The position numbers and the translations under genes are program-made. Below are positions 8,298 through 18,200 of a DNA stretch of 64,000 bases, piece after piece. The notes beneath the pieces were generated by a model that was not told where the DNA came from, searched no databases, and worked only from the letters and a program-made list of their open reading frames with translations. Numbering within the stretch: position 1 is the first letter of the stretch; every line of letters starts with the position of its first letter. The DNA comes from Thermoanaerobaculia bacterium (GTDB lineage Bacteria > Acidobacteriota > Thermoanaerobaculia > Gp7-AA8). The stretch spans positions 25,658-89,657 of the forward strand of contig DASYMJ010000043.1 of assembly GCA_036009105.1 (NCBI GenBank), written 5' to 3'.

Positions 8298-9749
8298 ATG
8301 TTCATCGCCGCGCTGCTCTTCGCCGTCAACCTGTATGGCCCGCTCCAGCCCGGCCCGCACGCGGTCGGCTTCCAGGTCGTGGAGCGGTACGACTACTCGC
8401 GTCCCTACCTCTCCGCGGGCCGCAAAGGGGAGCGCGCCCGGCCGATGCAGATCAGCATCTGGTATCCGGCCGAGGCGAACAGCGGGACGCCGATGCGGTT
8501 CGGTGACTACGTGGCGCTCGTCGCCACCGCCACGAACTTCGGCAACCGGGACACGATGGCGGGCGACGATGCGGTCTTCAATCTGCCGGGCGTGAGCGGC
8601 GCCGCACAGCGCTCGGAATGGAAGGCGGCGAAGACGTGGGCGCGGCGCGATGCCAAGCCCGCCGCGGGCAAGTTCCCGCTCATCGTCTGGTCGCTGCACT
8701 GGCCGGCGCTCTCCCACGCCACGCCGGAGTACCTGGCCAGCCACGGCTACGTGGTCATCACCATGCCGCGGGTCGACTCCACGCCCGGCGCGGGCGACCG
8801 GGCGGCGACCGACCTCTGGACGAAGGCGCTCGACAACCAGTTCCTCATCAACGAGGCGGCCCGCTTGCCCGCGGCCGACGTCCACAACATCGGCCTCACC
8901 GGCTTCAGTGCCGGCGGCCACTGGGCCCTGGGCGAAGCGATGCGCAACCCGGACGTGCGCGCCGTGGTCTCCCTCGACTCGATCATGCTCTACCACGAGG
9001 CGGTGGGGCAGGCCTTCGCCGCGATGCCGTTCTACAGCCTCGACCGGGTGCGCGTCCCCGTGCTGCACATGATCCGCAGCGTCTGGGTGCCGAACGAGGA
9101 CGCCTCGCTCTGGACCGGCATGCGCTACGCGGACCGGACCTGCTACGAGTTCACCGACCCGACGCTCGATCACTTCGACTTTCAGTCCGTCGGCTACGAG
9201 GCCACGCTCCTCGGCGCCCGGCCGGAGGCCGCTGCCGCCTCGGCGAAGGCATTCTCGATCTTCAACCGGGCCACGCTCGCCTTCTTCGACGCGCATCTCA
9301 AAGGCGGCCCGCCATTCGATCCCTCCTCGCCCGATCCGCGATTCGTCAAGGCGACGCATCTCGCCGCCCTTCCCGCGAAGCCGACCACGACACAGTTCCT
9401 GGAGACGATGACGCTGGACGGCGTCGACGCCGCGTTGTCGTTCTACCGCCAGGTGGCGCCGCTGCCGGAGCTGACCCTGAACACGGCCGGCTACGTGATG
9501 CTCCTCGCCCAGCGCCGTCCCGCCGATGCGGCAAAGCTCTTCGCCCTCAACGTGGAGGCGTACCCGACGTCGGCCAACGCGCGCGACAGCTACGGCGACG
9601 CGCTGGAGGCGCTGGGCGACAAAGCGCGCGCCATCGTGGAGTCGCAGAAGGCGCTGGAGTTGCTGGACGCCGACGACACGCTGAGCGCGGACCGGAAGGC
9701 GGCGGTGAGGAAGAATGTGGAGGACAAAATGAATCGCCTGCGGCGATGA
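8298..9749 (+). CDS. Alpha/beta hydrolase (dienelactone-hydrolase/PAF-acetylhydrolase-like) with C-terminal TPR-like domain
   Basis: The GFSAGG nucleophile elbow (G-x-S-x-G) is present. An IWYPAE... region precedes it. The C-terminal ~130 aa are helical and TPR-like. Confidence 0.75.
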   Translation: MFIAALLFAVNLYGPLQPGPHAVGFQVVERYDYSRPYLSAGRKGERARPMQISIWYPAEANSGTPMRFGDYVALVATATNFGNRDTMAGDDAVFNLPGVSGAAQRSEWKAAKTWARRDAKPAAGKFPLIVWSLHWPALSHATPEYLASHGYVVITMPRVDSTPGAGDRAATDLWTKALDNQFLINEAARLPAADVHNIGLTGFSAGGHWALGEAMRNPDVRAVVSLDSIMLYHEAVGQAFAAMPFYSLDRVRVPVLHMIRSVWVPNEDASLWTGMRYADRTCYEFTDPTLDHFDFQSVGYEATLLGARPEAAAASAKAFSIFNRATLAFFDAHLKGGPPFDPSSPDPRFVKATHLAALPAKPTTTQFLETMTLDGVDAALSFYRQVAPLPELTLNTAGYVMLLAQRRPADAAKLFALNVEAYPTSANARDSYGDALEALGDKARAIVESQKALELLDADDTLSADRKAAVRKNVEDKMNRLRR

Positions 9750-9750
9750 G

Positions 9751-9825
9751 AGTTGTCGGTTGTCAGTTGTCAGTTATCGGTGGCGCTCGCCCACTGACAA
9801 CCGATAACGTGACCACCGACAACTG
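9751..9825. repeat. Imperfect palindrome built from GTTGTCA heptamer repeats between convergent genes
   Basis: The sequence is agttgtcggttgtcagttgtcagttatcggtgg-cgctcg-cccactgacaaccgataacgtgaccaccgacaactg. The two arms are reverse-complementary. Confidence 0.65.
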
Positions 9826-9828
9826 TCT

Positions 9829-10680
9829 CTACGGCACCCGCACCAAATCCCGCCCCACGACGATCCTCCCTCCGAACTTCTTCCCGGCGCGGGCGCGGAA
9901 CACCTCCTCGTCCTTGCCGGGGATGAGGTGGGTCAGGACGAGCGTCTTCACCCCCGCCGCGGCAGCGATCTCCCCAGCCTCCTCCGCGCTGGTGTGGTAG
10001 TGCTTCAGGCGCGCGGCGACCTCCGGCGTGTCGACCTTGTCGAACCACTCCGGCAGATACGCCTCCTGGACGAGGATGTCGGCGCCCTTCGCGTACTTTA
10101 GGAGGGTGGGGCAGGGCCGCGTGTCGCCGGAGACCACCACCACCTCGCCGCGCGATTCGAAGCGGTAGCCGAAGGCGGGGACCACCGGCGCGTGGTCGAC
10201 CGGGAACGCGATCACGCGGACGTTGCCGTCGTCGTACACCACGCCTTCCTTCACGACGTGCGTCTCGATGCGCGCGCCGGCGGCGGGGTGTTTCTCCAGC
10301 AGGTCGCGGCGGTAGTGGATGTCGTCGCGGAAGAACAGCAGCATCGCGTCGGCCAGGCGCTTTGTGCCGGGCGGGCCGTAGAGCTGGAGCGGCGTCGACT
10401 TGCGCCCGAACTGCCAGGAGGTGTCGAAGAGGTCGGGAAGGCCGGCGGTGTGATCGGAGTGAAAGTGGGTCACGAACACCGCGCCGAGGTTCTTGTAGTC
10501 GAGGTCCGTGGCGGCGATGCGCATGGTCGCGCCGCGGCCGGCGTCGACGACGAACCACTTGTTGCCGGCGATGATGGCCGTGGAGGGGCCGGCGCGTTCC
10601 GGATCGGGACGCGGATAGCCGGTGCCGATGAGGAGCACCTGCAGGGCGACGGCGGCGGCGCTAAGCAATGAGCCGGTCAT
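9829..10680 (-). CDS. MBL-fold metallo-hydrolase (RNase Z/beta-lactamase-like)
   Basis: The THFHSDHTAGL motif (HxHxDH) is present, along with downstream His/Asp ligands. Confidence 0.85.
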   Translation of the reverse strand: MTGSLLSAAAVALQVLLIGTGYPRPDPERAGPSTAIIAGNKWFVVDAGRGATMRIAATDLDYKNLGAVFVTHFHSDHTAGLPDLFDTSWQFGRKSTPLQLYGPPGTKRLADAMLLFFRDDIHYRRDLLEKHPAAGARIETHVVKEGVVYDDGNVRVIAFPVDHAPVVPAFGYRFESRGEVVVVSGDTRPCPTLLKYAKGADILVQEAYLPEWFDKVDTPEVAARLKHYHTSAEEAGEIAAAAGVKTLVLTHLIPGKDEEVFRARAGKKFGGRIVVGRDLVRVP

Positions 10681-11212
10681 AGACGATCTGCGACCAGGTC
10701 TCCATCGCCTCGCGCAACGGCGCTAGCGCTTCGCGCGCGGTCCAGGAGCCGGTCATCTTCTCCGTTTCGCGCACGGCGACGTTGCGCGAAGTCTCCAGCA
10801 GGTAGACCGCGCCGAGGTGGACCCGGCCGACTTCGGTGGAGTCGTCGTTGAGGATGCCGGCGAAGGTGAGCGCGTAAGGATCGCCGAGCGAGACCTCCTC
10901 CTCCAGCTCCTTGCGCAGGCCGGCGAGGAGATCATGGCCGGGGTTGATGTGCCCTCCGATGCCGAGGGAGAGCTTGTCGTGCAGGCGCTTCTCGGTCTGC
11001 TTCGGCGTGCGGCGGAGCAGGAAGTAGTCGCCGCCGCCGCGGATCACCACGTAGGGAATGATCTGCTTGAATTCAGGCGACTTCTCCGCGAGCGGGCGGG
11101 GGAGGAAAAGGTGCTTGCCCGCGATGACGGCGAGCAGCTCGCGCGTGCCCTCCACGATGAGGGCGGTGGGGTGGTGGTCGAGGATGGGGAGGTCGGCGCG
11201 GGGGACGGCCAT
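10661..11212 (-). CDS. Nudix hydrolase
   Basis: The Nudix box is GIGGHINPGHDLLAGLRKELEEEVSLG. Start is placed at the internal ATG (MAVPRADL). The upstream 32 codons of the track ORF are encoded by the (GAATTGA)n palindrome. The stop overlaps the MBL hydrolase start, suggesting an operon. Confidence 0.7.
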   Translation of the reverse strand: MAVPRADLPILDHHPTALIVEGTRELLAVIAGKHLFLPRPLAEKSPEFKQIIPYVVIRGGGDYFLLRRTPKQTEKRLHDKLSLGIGGHINPGHDLLAGLRKELEEEVSLGDPYALTFAGILNDDSTEVGRVHLGAVYLLETSRNVAVRETEKMTGSWTAREALAPLREAMETWSQIVYDRLIA

Positions 11213-11242
11213 GACCGCTTCGACGGCTTCGCCGTCTGCGCT

Positions 11243-11325
11243 GAATTGAGAATTGAGAATTGAGAATTGAAAAGAAGGCGAAGTCACCAGCCCATTTTCA
11301 ATTTTCAATTTTCAATTTTCAATTC
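11243..11325. repeat. Perfect palindrome of GAATTGA heptamer arrays at a divergent promoter
   Basis: The sequence is gaattgagaattgagaattgagaattgaaaag...ttttcaattttcaattttcaattttcaattc. Four heptamers on each arm are reverse-complementary. Confidence 0.75.
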
Positions 11326-11390
11326 GTGTATCCCCGCCCTGACGCCTATCCGCACGGCCATCCCGGGCGTCTGCAAGGAAAGACACTATT

Positions 11391-11427
11391 GCGTGTCTAC
11401 CTTTTTCCATCTAATATCCGCGACCCA
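11391..11427. promoter_or_regulatory. Candidate operator palindrome AGACAC-N6-GTGTCT, next to a TAATAT -10-like hexamer upstream of the NRPS operon
   Basis: The palindrome aAGACACtattgcGTGTCTac sits in a comparatively AT-rich 275-nt intergenic region. TAATAT lies about 14 nt downstream of it. Confidence 0.3.
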
Positions 11428-11487
11428 GGCCGAAACAGAAGGTTAACAGGACATTTCCCAGTAACTACTTGCAAAAAGGGACGAAGC

Positions 11488-12978
11488 GTGAACCGGACTC
11501 GCGATTCTCTTCCCGTTGCGGTAGGTGCTGTCCTGACGATTCCGGTCGTCGCGGCAGCGCTTTCCGCTTTCGGGCTTGTACCTTCCGCCGCGCTGCTCGT
11601 CGCGGCGTTGCTGGTGAGCGCCGCGTTCTTCGCGGCGCGCGAGCGCATCGCGCAGGCGCTGCAACTCCCGGAGGGAGGAAGCGCACCCGTCGTGTTCGCG
11701 CTGATCGGCGTGCTCGCGGCGGCCCGGCTGTGGGGCATGAGCTGGTTCATGATGGATTCCGCCCACGCGGAAGCCTCGGTCCTCTGGTTCGACCCCTTCT
11801 ACATGCGGCACAGCTGCTTCTCCTCTCTCTACCTCTCGGCCAGGCTGGCCATGGAGCACGCGCCGAACCCGTACCAGTCGGAGCTCTATGACACGGACCT
11901 CTACAAGTCCTTCCTCGGCCGCTTCACCATGGACGAGTTCCTCTATCCCTCCCCCTTCATGCTCCTGCCCCGCATCGGCCTCGCCTTCACGAAGTCGTTC
12001 ATGACGCTGCGCACCGCGTGGTTCGCCCTCGAGGCGGCCACGTTCGGCGCCGCGGTGGTGATCGTGGCGAAGTGGATCGGCGGCGAAGAGGGGAAGCGCG
12101 CGCTCTTCCTCGCGCCGGCGCTCTTCCTGGCCACGCCCGTCCTGCTCACCCTGCAGATCGGCAACTTCCAGCTGGCGGCCATCGCCATGACGATGCTCGC
12201 CCTCGTCGCCTTCGACTCGCAGCACAACGCCACCGGCGGCGCGCTCCTCGGCTTCGCCCTCTTCAAGATCTTCCCCGGCATCGTCCTCATCCCCCTGGCC
12301 ATCCAGCGCCGCTGGAAGGCCGTGGTCTGGACGGCCGGTTTCTCCGCGCTCTACACCGCGCTCTCCGTGGCCTGGCTGGGACAGACGCCGCTGCGCCGGT
12401 TCCTCGGCTACGGCCTGCCCCGGATCACGAAAGGGGAGGCTTGGTCCTTTCTCGAGCTGGACGTCCCGATCATCCACGAGGTGGTGGCCATCAACCAGGG
12501 CATCCCCGGCCTCGCCCTCAAGCTCCACGACCTCGGCGTAAACCTGGCCATGCACGACGCCGTGCAGAAGGTCTCGCTGGTCTACAGCGTGATCATGCTC
12601 GCGTTGGCGGTGGTGGTGGGTTTCCGCCTCGCGAAAACGGAAGACAAGCTCACCCGGGCCCAGCTCTGGATCGCCCTCATCGCCCTCGCCGCGCTGCGCA
12701 GCCCGTTCGTGCCGGACACCTACGCGCTGCCGCCCGTGCTCTGGCTGTGGAGCCTGGTGATGCCGCGCTTCTGGCACAAGCCGCTCGGTATCGCGTTGCT
12801 CTGGATTCCGCTCTCCACCGTCCTCCCCTTCGAAGGGCCGCTGGCACCGCTCGGCAACACGCGCCTCTTCCTCGGGTTCATCGTCCAGCTCTTCGCGCTC
12901 GCCTTCACCGGCGCGCTCTTCCTCCAGCGTGCCCCCCGGCCCGCCCCCGACCTGATTCAGGAGCCCGTCCAGTCATGA
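11488..12978 (+). CDS. Polytopic GT-C-like membrane protein (DUF2029/GT87 mannosyltransferase-like)
   Basis: At least 10 TM helices, with FALFKIFPGIVLIPL-type motifs seen in DUF2029/GT87 proteins. Start is placed at GTG 11488 behind an AAGGGA RBS. The track ORF start at 11260 reads through the (GAATTGA)n palindrome. The stop overlaps the next gene's ATG (ATGA). Confidence 0.5.
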   Translation: MNRTRDSLPVAVGAVLTIPVVAAALSAFGLVPSAALLVAALLVSAAFFAARERIAQALQLPEGGSAPVVFALIGVLAAARLWGMSWFMMDSAHAEASVLWFDPFYMRHSCFSSLYLSARLAMEHAPNPYQSELYDTDLYKSFLGRFTMDEFLYPSPFMLLPRIGLAFTKSFMTLRTAWFALEAATFGAAVVIVAKWIGGEEGKRALFLAPALFLATPVLLTLQIGNFQLAAIAMTMLALVAFDSQHNATGGALLGFALFKIFPGIVLIPLAIQRRWKAVVWTAGFSALYTALSVAWLGQTPLRRFLGYGLPRITKGEAWSFLELDVPIIHEVVAINQGIPGLALKLHDLGVNLAMHDAVQKVSLVYSVIMLALAVVVGFRLAKTEDKLTRAQLWIALIALAALRSPFVPDTYALPPVLWLWSLVMPRFWHKPLGIALLWIPLSTVLPFEGPLAPLGNTRLFLGFIVQLFALAFTGALFLQRAPRPAPDLIQEPVQS

Positions 12979-15233
12979 CCAGAAACCTGCGAGGCGCGCT
13001 CGGCGCGCTCCTGCTCCTTTCCGCCGCGAGCCTGCAGGCGGACGTGCCGCCGCCGCCCGACTCGAGCGCCGTCCTGCGCGTGCCGCGCCTGGCGGTGCAG
13101 CCGCACCTGCAGGACATCATCCCCTCCGGCGCCGCGGGCATGGCGCGGGTGACCGACCTGCGCCAGAACACCCCCAAGGACGGCGAGCCGGTCACCCTCG
13201 GCACCGCCGTCTACCTCGGCTACGACGACACGAACCTCTACGTCGCCTTCGTCTGCCAGGACGAGCCGGACAAGGTGCGGGCCCGCATCACGCGGCGGGA
13301 AGACATCTTCGGCGACGAAGGGGTGCAGATCTTCCTCGACACGTTCCACGACAAGCAGCGCGCGTACGTCTTCGCCGCGAATCCGTTCGGCGTGCAGCTG
13401 GACGGCATCACCACCGAGGGGCAGGGCTACGACTTCAACTTCGACACGCTCTGGTATTCGGAGGGGCGGATCACGAAGGACGGGTTCGCGGTCTTGATGA
13501 CCATCCCGTTCAAGAGCCTGCGCTTCGCGCCGGGGGCGACGCAGCGATGGGGCGTCTCGCTGAGCCGGATCATTCCGCGCAAGAACGAGTTCGTCTACTG
13601 GCCGTGGATCACCGACCGGGTGGAGGGCTTCGTCCCCCAGTTCGCCACCCTGGAGATCGACGAAGCGATCTCGCCCGGCCGCAACTACCAGTTCATCCCG
13701 TACTCGGTGCTGACGCATTCGCGCCTGCTGGAGCCGGGTGGGGCGGGGGCGCTGCGGCCGGCCGGCTACAACAACACCACGCCCGGGCGGGTGGGGCTCG
13801 ATGGCAAGTTCGTGTTGCGCGACTCGCTCGCCGCCGACCTGACCGTCAATCCCGATTTCTCCGAGGTGGAATCGGATGAGCCTCAGGTGATCGTCAACCA
13901 GCGCTTCGAGGTGCTCTTCCCGGAGAAGAGGCCGTTCTTCCTGGAGAACGCCGGCTTCTTCGGGACGCCGATGAACCTCTTCTTCTCCCGCCGTATCGCC
14001 GATCCGCGCATCGGCGCGCGGCTCACCGGACGGGTAGGCAGATGGGCGCTCGGCGGCCTGGCCATCGATGACCGGGAAGGTGGGCTGGGCCTGCCCACCG
14101 ACCATCCCCAGTTCGGGCAGCGGGCGAACATCGGCGTGGCGCGCATGCAGCGCGACTTCGGGCGTCAGTCGAACGCCGGCTTCCTCCTCACCAGCCGGGA
14201 CATCGGCGGCGTCTCCAACCGGGTGGCGGCGTTCGACAGCCGGGTCAAGATCAACGAGAACTGGACGGCGACGGGACAGCTCGGCAAGAGCTGGAACCGG
14301 GGCGGCTTCTTCGGCGACGTCAACGGCACGGCCGGCTACTTCGACGTCAACCGCTCCGGCCGCGTCTTCAACTACGACGGCCAGTACCGCGACATCAGCC
14401 GCGACTTCGTCAGCGACCTGGGGTTCATCCCCCGCACCGACATCCGCCAGACCGAGCATACGGCGAGCCTCAAGCGCTGGGCGGAAGGGACGAAGCTCTT
14501 CAGCTACGGCCCGAGCGTGACCGGCCTGGCCACGTGGGACCACGCGGGCGAGCTGCAGGACTGGCTCGGCTCCGGCTCCTTCAACTTCAACTGGGTGGGC
14601 GGCACGTCGCTCACCCTGACCAGCGACCAGGGGTACGAGCGCTTCGCCGGCCTCGATTTCCGCAAGCACCTGGAGACGGTGTCGGCGCGCACGGAGTGGT
14701 GGAAGTGGCTGACCGCTTCGCTGAGCTACTCGCAGGGGACGGCGGTGAACTACTTTCCCGCCCCCGGCGTCGACCCCTTCCTGGGCGACCGCAGGCAGGT
14801 GGTGGTCGGGTTCACGCTCAGCCCCTTCTCCCGCCTGCGCCTCGACGAGACGCTGATCTACGACGACCTCTACACGCGCAACGCGGTGGCCGGGGTCGAT
14901 GCGGGGAGCCTCGTCTTCCGCAACCCGATCTCGCGGACCAAGGTGAACATGCAGTTCAACCGCTACCTCGCATTGCGGTTGATCGTCGACACGCACGCCA
15001 TCACGCCGGACGAGTCGCTCGTCCTGCTGCCGCGGACGAAGCACGTCACGGGCGATGTGCTCTTCAGCTACGTCCTCAATCCGGGGACCGTGCTCTACCT
15101 CGGCTACTCCGACAACTACGACAACGTCGCGCTTCTGAACGGGCCGCCTTCCCAGGTGGTGGCCACCCATTCGGCGCTCAACCCGACGGCGCGGCAGTAC
15201 TTCATGAAGGTGAGCTACCTGCTCCGGTTCTGA
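12975..15233 (+). CDS. DUF5916/CBM9-like outer-membrane protein
   Basis: The signal peptide is MTRNLRGALGALLLLSAASLQA. The N-terminal CBM9/DOMON-like segment reads LYVAFVCQDEPDKVRARITRREDIFGDEGVQIFLDTFHD. The long beta-rich C-terminus ends in KVSYLLRF, with a terminal Phe typical of OM barrels. The track ORF 12018.. over-extends in frame; the ATG at 12975 overlaps the upstream stop. Confidence 0.6.
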   Translation: MTRNLRGALGALLLLSAASLQADVPPPPDSSAVLRVPRLAVQPHLQDIIPSGAAGMARVTDLRQNTPKDGEPVTLGTAVYLGYDDTNLYVAFVCQDEPDKVRARITRREDIFGDEGVQIFLDTFHDKQRAYVFAANPFGVQLDGITTEGQGYDFNFDTLWYSEGRITKDGFAVLMTIPFKSLRFAPGATQRWGVSLSRIIPRKNEFVYWPWITDRVEGFVPQFATLEIDEAISPGRNYQFIPYSVLTHSRLLEPGGAGALRPAGYNNTTPGRVGLDGKFVLRDSLAADLTVNPDFSEVESDEPQVIVNQRFEVLFPEKRPFFLENAGFFGTPMNLFFSRRIADPRIGARLTGRVGRWALGGLAIDDREGGLGLPTDHPQFGQRANIGVARMQRDFGRQSNAGFLLTSRDIGGVSNRVAAFDSRVKINENWTATGQLGKSWNRGGFFGDVNGTAGYFDVNRSGRVFNYDGQYRDISRDFVSDLGFIPRTDIRQTEHTASLKRWAEGTKLFSYGPSVTGLATWDHAGELQDWLGSGSFNFNWVGGTSLTLTSDQGYERFAGLDFRKHLETVSARTEWWKWLTASLSYSQGTAVNYFPAPGVDPFLGDRRQVVVGFTLSPFSRLRLDETLIYDDLYTRNAVAGVDAGSLVFRNPISRTKVNMQFNRYLALRLIVDTHAITPDESLVLLPRTKHVTGDVLFSYVLNPGTVLYLGYSDNYDNVALLNGPPSQVVATHSALNPTARQYFMKVSYLLRF

Positions 15234-15235
15234 CC

Positions 15236-18200
15236 ATGACCGACAACACCGAAAAGCTGGCCGGACTCTCCAGCGCCAAGCGGGCGCTGCTCGAAAAACT
15301 CGTGGCCGAGCGGCGCGCGGCGGCGGGAGAGGTGCGTCCCCGCCCGCGCCCGGAGCGGGTGCCGCTCTCGTTCGGACAGGAGCGCCTGTGGGTGGTGGAG
15401 CAGCTCGCGCCGGGCAGCGCCGCGTACAACGAGCCGGTCGTGTTGTGGCTCTCCGGCGCGCTCGATGTGGGCGCATTGGAGCGCGCGATCAACGAGGTGG
15501 TGCGGCGGCACGAGTCGTTGCGCACGGCGGCCCCTTCGGAAGGGGGGCGTCCGTTCCAGCGCATCGCTCCGTCTTTGACGGTGCCGTTGGTGCTCGCAGA
15601 GGCGACGTCGGATGAAGGAGCGCTGCAGATGGCCAGCAGTGTGATCGCCGCCTCCTTCGATCTCGCCCGCGGGCCGCTCGTGCGCGCGTTGCTGGTGCGG
15701 GTGGAGGCCGAACGGCACCTGCTCGCCATCGCCGTCCACCATCTCCTGATCGACGGCTGGTCGATCAACGTCGTCCTCGGCGAGCTGGCCCGCCTCTACA
15801 ACGGCGAGGCGCTGCCCGAGCCGCCGCTGCAGTACGCCGACTACGCGCTCTGGCAGCGCGAGTGGCTGGACGGCGAGCGCATGGACCGCCAGCTCGCGCA
15901 CTGGCGCGAGCACCTGGAGGGTTGCCCTTCCACCCTCGACCTCCCGGCCGACCGCCCCCGCCCGCCCGTGCAGAGCTTCAAGGGCTCCGTGGTACGGCAC
16001 CTCATCCCGCCCGACCTGTACGAGGCGATGGAGCAGTTCAGCCGGCGGGAGAACGTCACCCCGTTCATGACGCTCTTCGCCGCCTGGACCACGCTGCTGC
16101 ACCGCCTGACCGGGCAGGAGGATCTGCCGCTGGGCGTGGGCCTGGCCAACCGCCCGCGCGCCGAGCTGGAGTCGATCGTCGGCTTCTTCGTGAACACGCT
16201 CGTGCTGCGCACGCGCTTCGACGGCGCGCCGACGTTCCTCGACCTGCTGGCCCGCGTGCGCGAGACGACGCTCGGCGCGCAGGCCAACCAGGATGCGCCG
16301 CTCAGCCGCGTCCTGGAGTCGATGAAGCTCGACCGCGCGGCGAGCCACATGCCCTTCGTGCAGGTGATGCTCTTCTTCCAGAACTACGCGCAGACGGCGC
16401 TGGCCATGAACGGCCTGCGCGTCTCGCGCGTGCCGCTCGACCTCGTTCATCCCGGCTCCGCGCAGACGGACATCGCGCTCTTCGTCAACCAGGATGCGAC
16501 GGGCGAGCTGCTCTTCCAGTACAGCACCGACCTGTTCGACCGGGAGACCATCGAACGGCTCGCCGGGAACTTTGTGGTGCTGCTGCGCGCGGCCATTGCG
16601 GATGCGTCGCAACCGATCGCGCAGCTGCCGCTGCTCACCGAGGAAGAGCGCGTGCAGCTGGCAAAGTGGAATGACACGCGCGTGCCGTATCACCACGGGC
16701 CGCTCATTTCGCTCGTGCAGGCGGCGAGCGACAAACCGGCCGTCACGTTCCGCGGCCGCACCCTGACCTATGCCGAGTTGCGCGCCAGAGCCTCCGCGCT
16801 GGCGGACGAGCTGCGCGCGAGCGGTGTGAAAGCGGGCGACCTGGTGGGCCTCTTCGTGGAGCGCTCGCTGGAGATGGTGATCGGCATCGTGGCCATCCTG
16901 GAGGCGGGCGGCGCGTACGTGCCGCTCGATCCGTCGTACCCCGCCGAGCGGCTCGCCTTCATGCTCGGCGACGCCGGCGCGAAGGTGGTGGTGACCCAGC
17001 GCGAGCTGCGCGAGCAGGTGCCGGTGCAGGGTGTGGAAGTGGTGATCGCGGACGCGGAAAATGTGGGGGCCGGCTTCAGCCGGCCCGGGCGGGCTGAAGC
17101 CCGCCCCCACGTTGACGACCTCGCCTACGTCATCTTCACCTCCGGCTCCACCGGCCGGCCCAAAGGCGTGCAGATCACGCAGCGCTCCGCGGCGAACCTG
17201 CTGCAGTCCGTGGCGCGAGAACCGGGCATGAACGCGGGCGACACCATCTGCGCCGTCTCCACGCTCTCCTTCGACATCGCCCTGCTGGAGCTCGTGCTGC
17301 CGCTCACCGTCGGCGCGCACATCCTCCTGGCCGACCGCGACACCGTGCGCGACGGCAACGCGCTGGGCCGCCTCGTCGCGAACAACGACGTCACCATCAT
17401 GCAGGCCACCCCGGCCACCTGGCGCATGCTCCTCGACATCGGCTGGCGCGGGAAGCCGGGCCTGAAGATCATCTCCACCGGCGAGGCGCTGCCGCGCGAG
17501 CTGGCCGAGCGCCTCCTGCCCTGCGGCCGCGAGCTGTGGAACCTCTACGGCCCCACCGAGACCACGGTCTACTCCGCCCTCGGGCGCATCGAGTCCGGCA
17601 GCGGCCCCATTTCCATCGGCAGGCCGGTGGCGAACACGCAGATCCACATCGTCGACCGCAACCTGCAGCTCCTCCCGCCCGGCGTCCCCGGCGAGCTGCT
17701 CATCGGCGGCGACGGCCTGGCCCGCGGCTACCTCGGGCGTCCCGACCTCACCGCCGAAAAGTTCATCCCCGATCCGTTCTCCGATCAGCCTGAGGCGCGC
17801 CTCTATCGCGCCGGCGACCTCGCCACGTGGCGGCGCGACGGCACCCTGGAAGTCCTCGGCCGGATGGATCACCAGGTCAAGCTGCGCGGCTTCCGCATCG
17901 AGCTCGGCGAGATCGAAGCCGTGCTGGCCCAGCATGCAGATGTCGAGCAGGCGGTCGTGCACTGCCGTGAAGACCGGCCCGGCGACAAGCGCCTCGTGGC
18001 CTACACCACGGGCGGCGCAAGCACGGACGCGCTGCGCGAGCACCTCCGCAAGTCGCTCCCCGACTACATGATCCCCGCCGCCTTCGTGGCGCTGGAGCAG
18101 TTTCCCCTCACGCCGAACGGCAAGGTGAACCGCCATGCATTGCCGGCACCCGAGGCCTTTGCGGGGGCGGCTGTGGAACCTCCGCAGACGCGGGAGGAGC

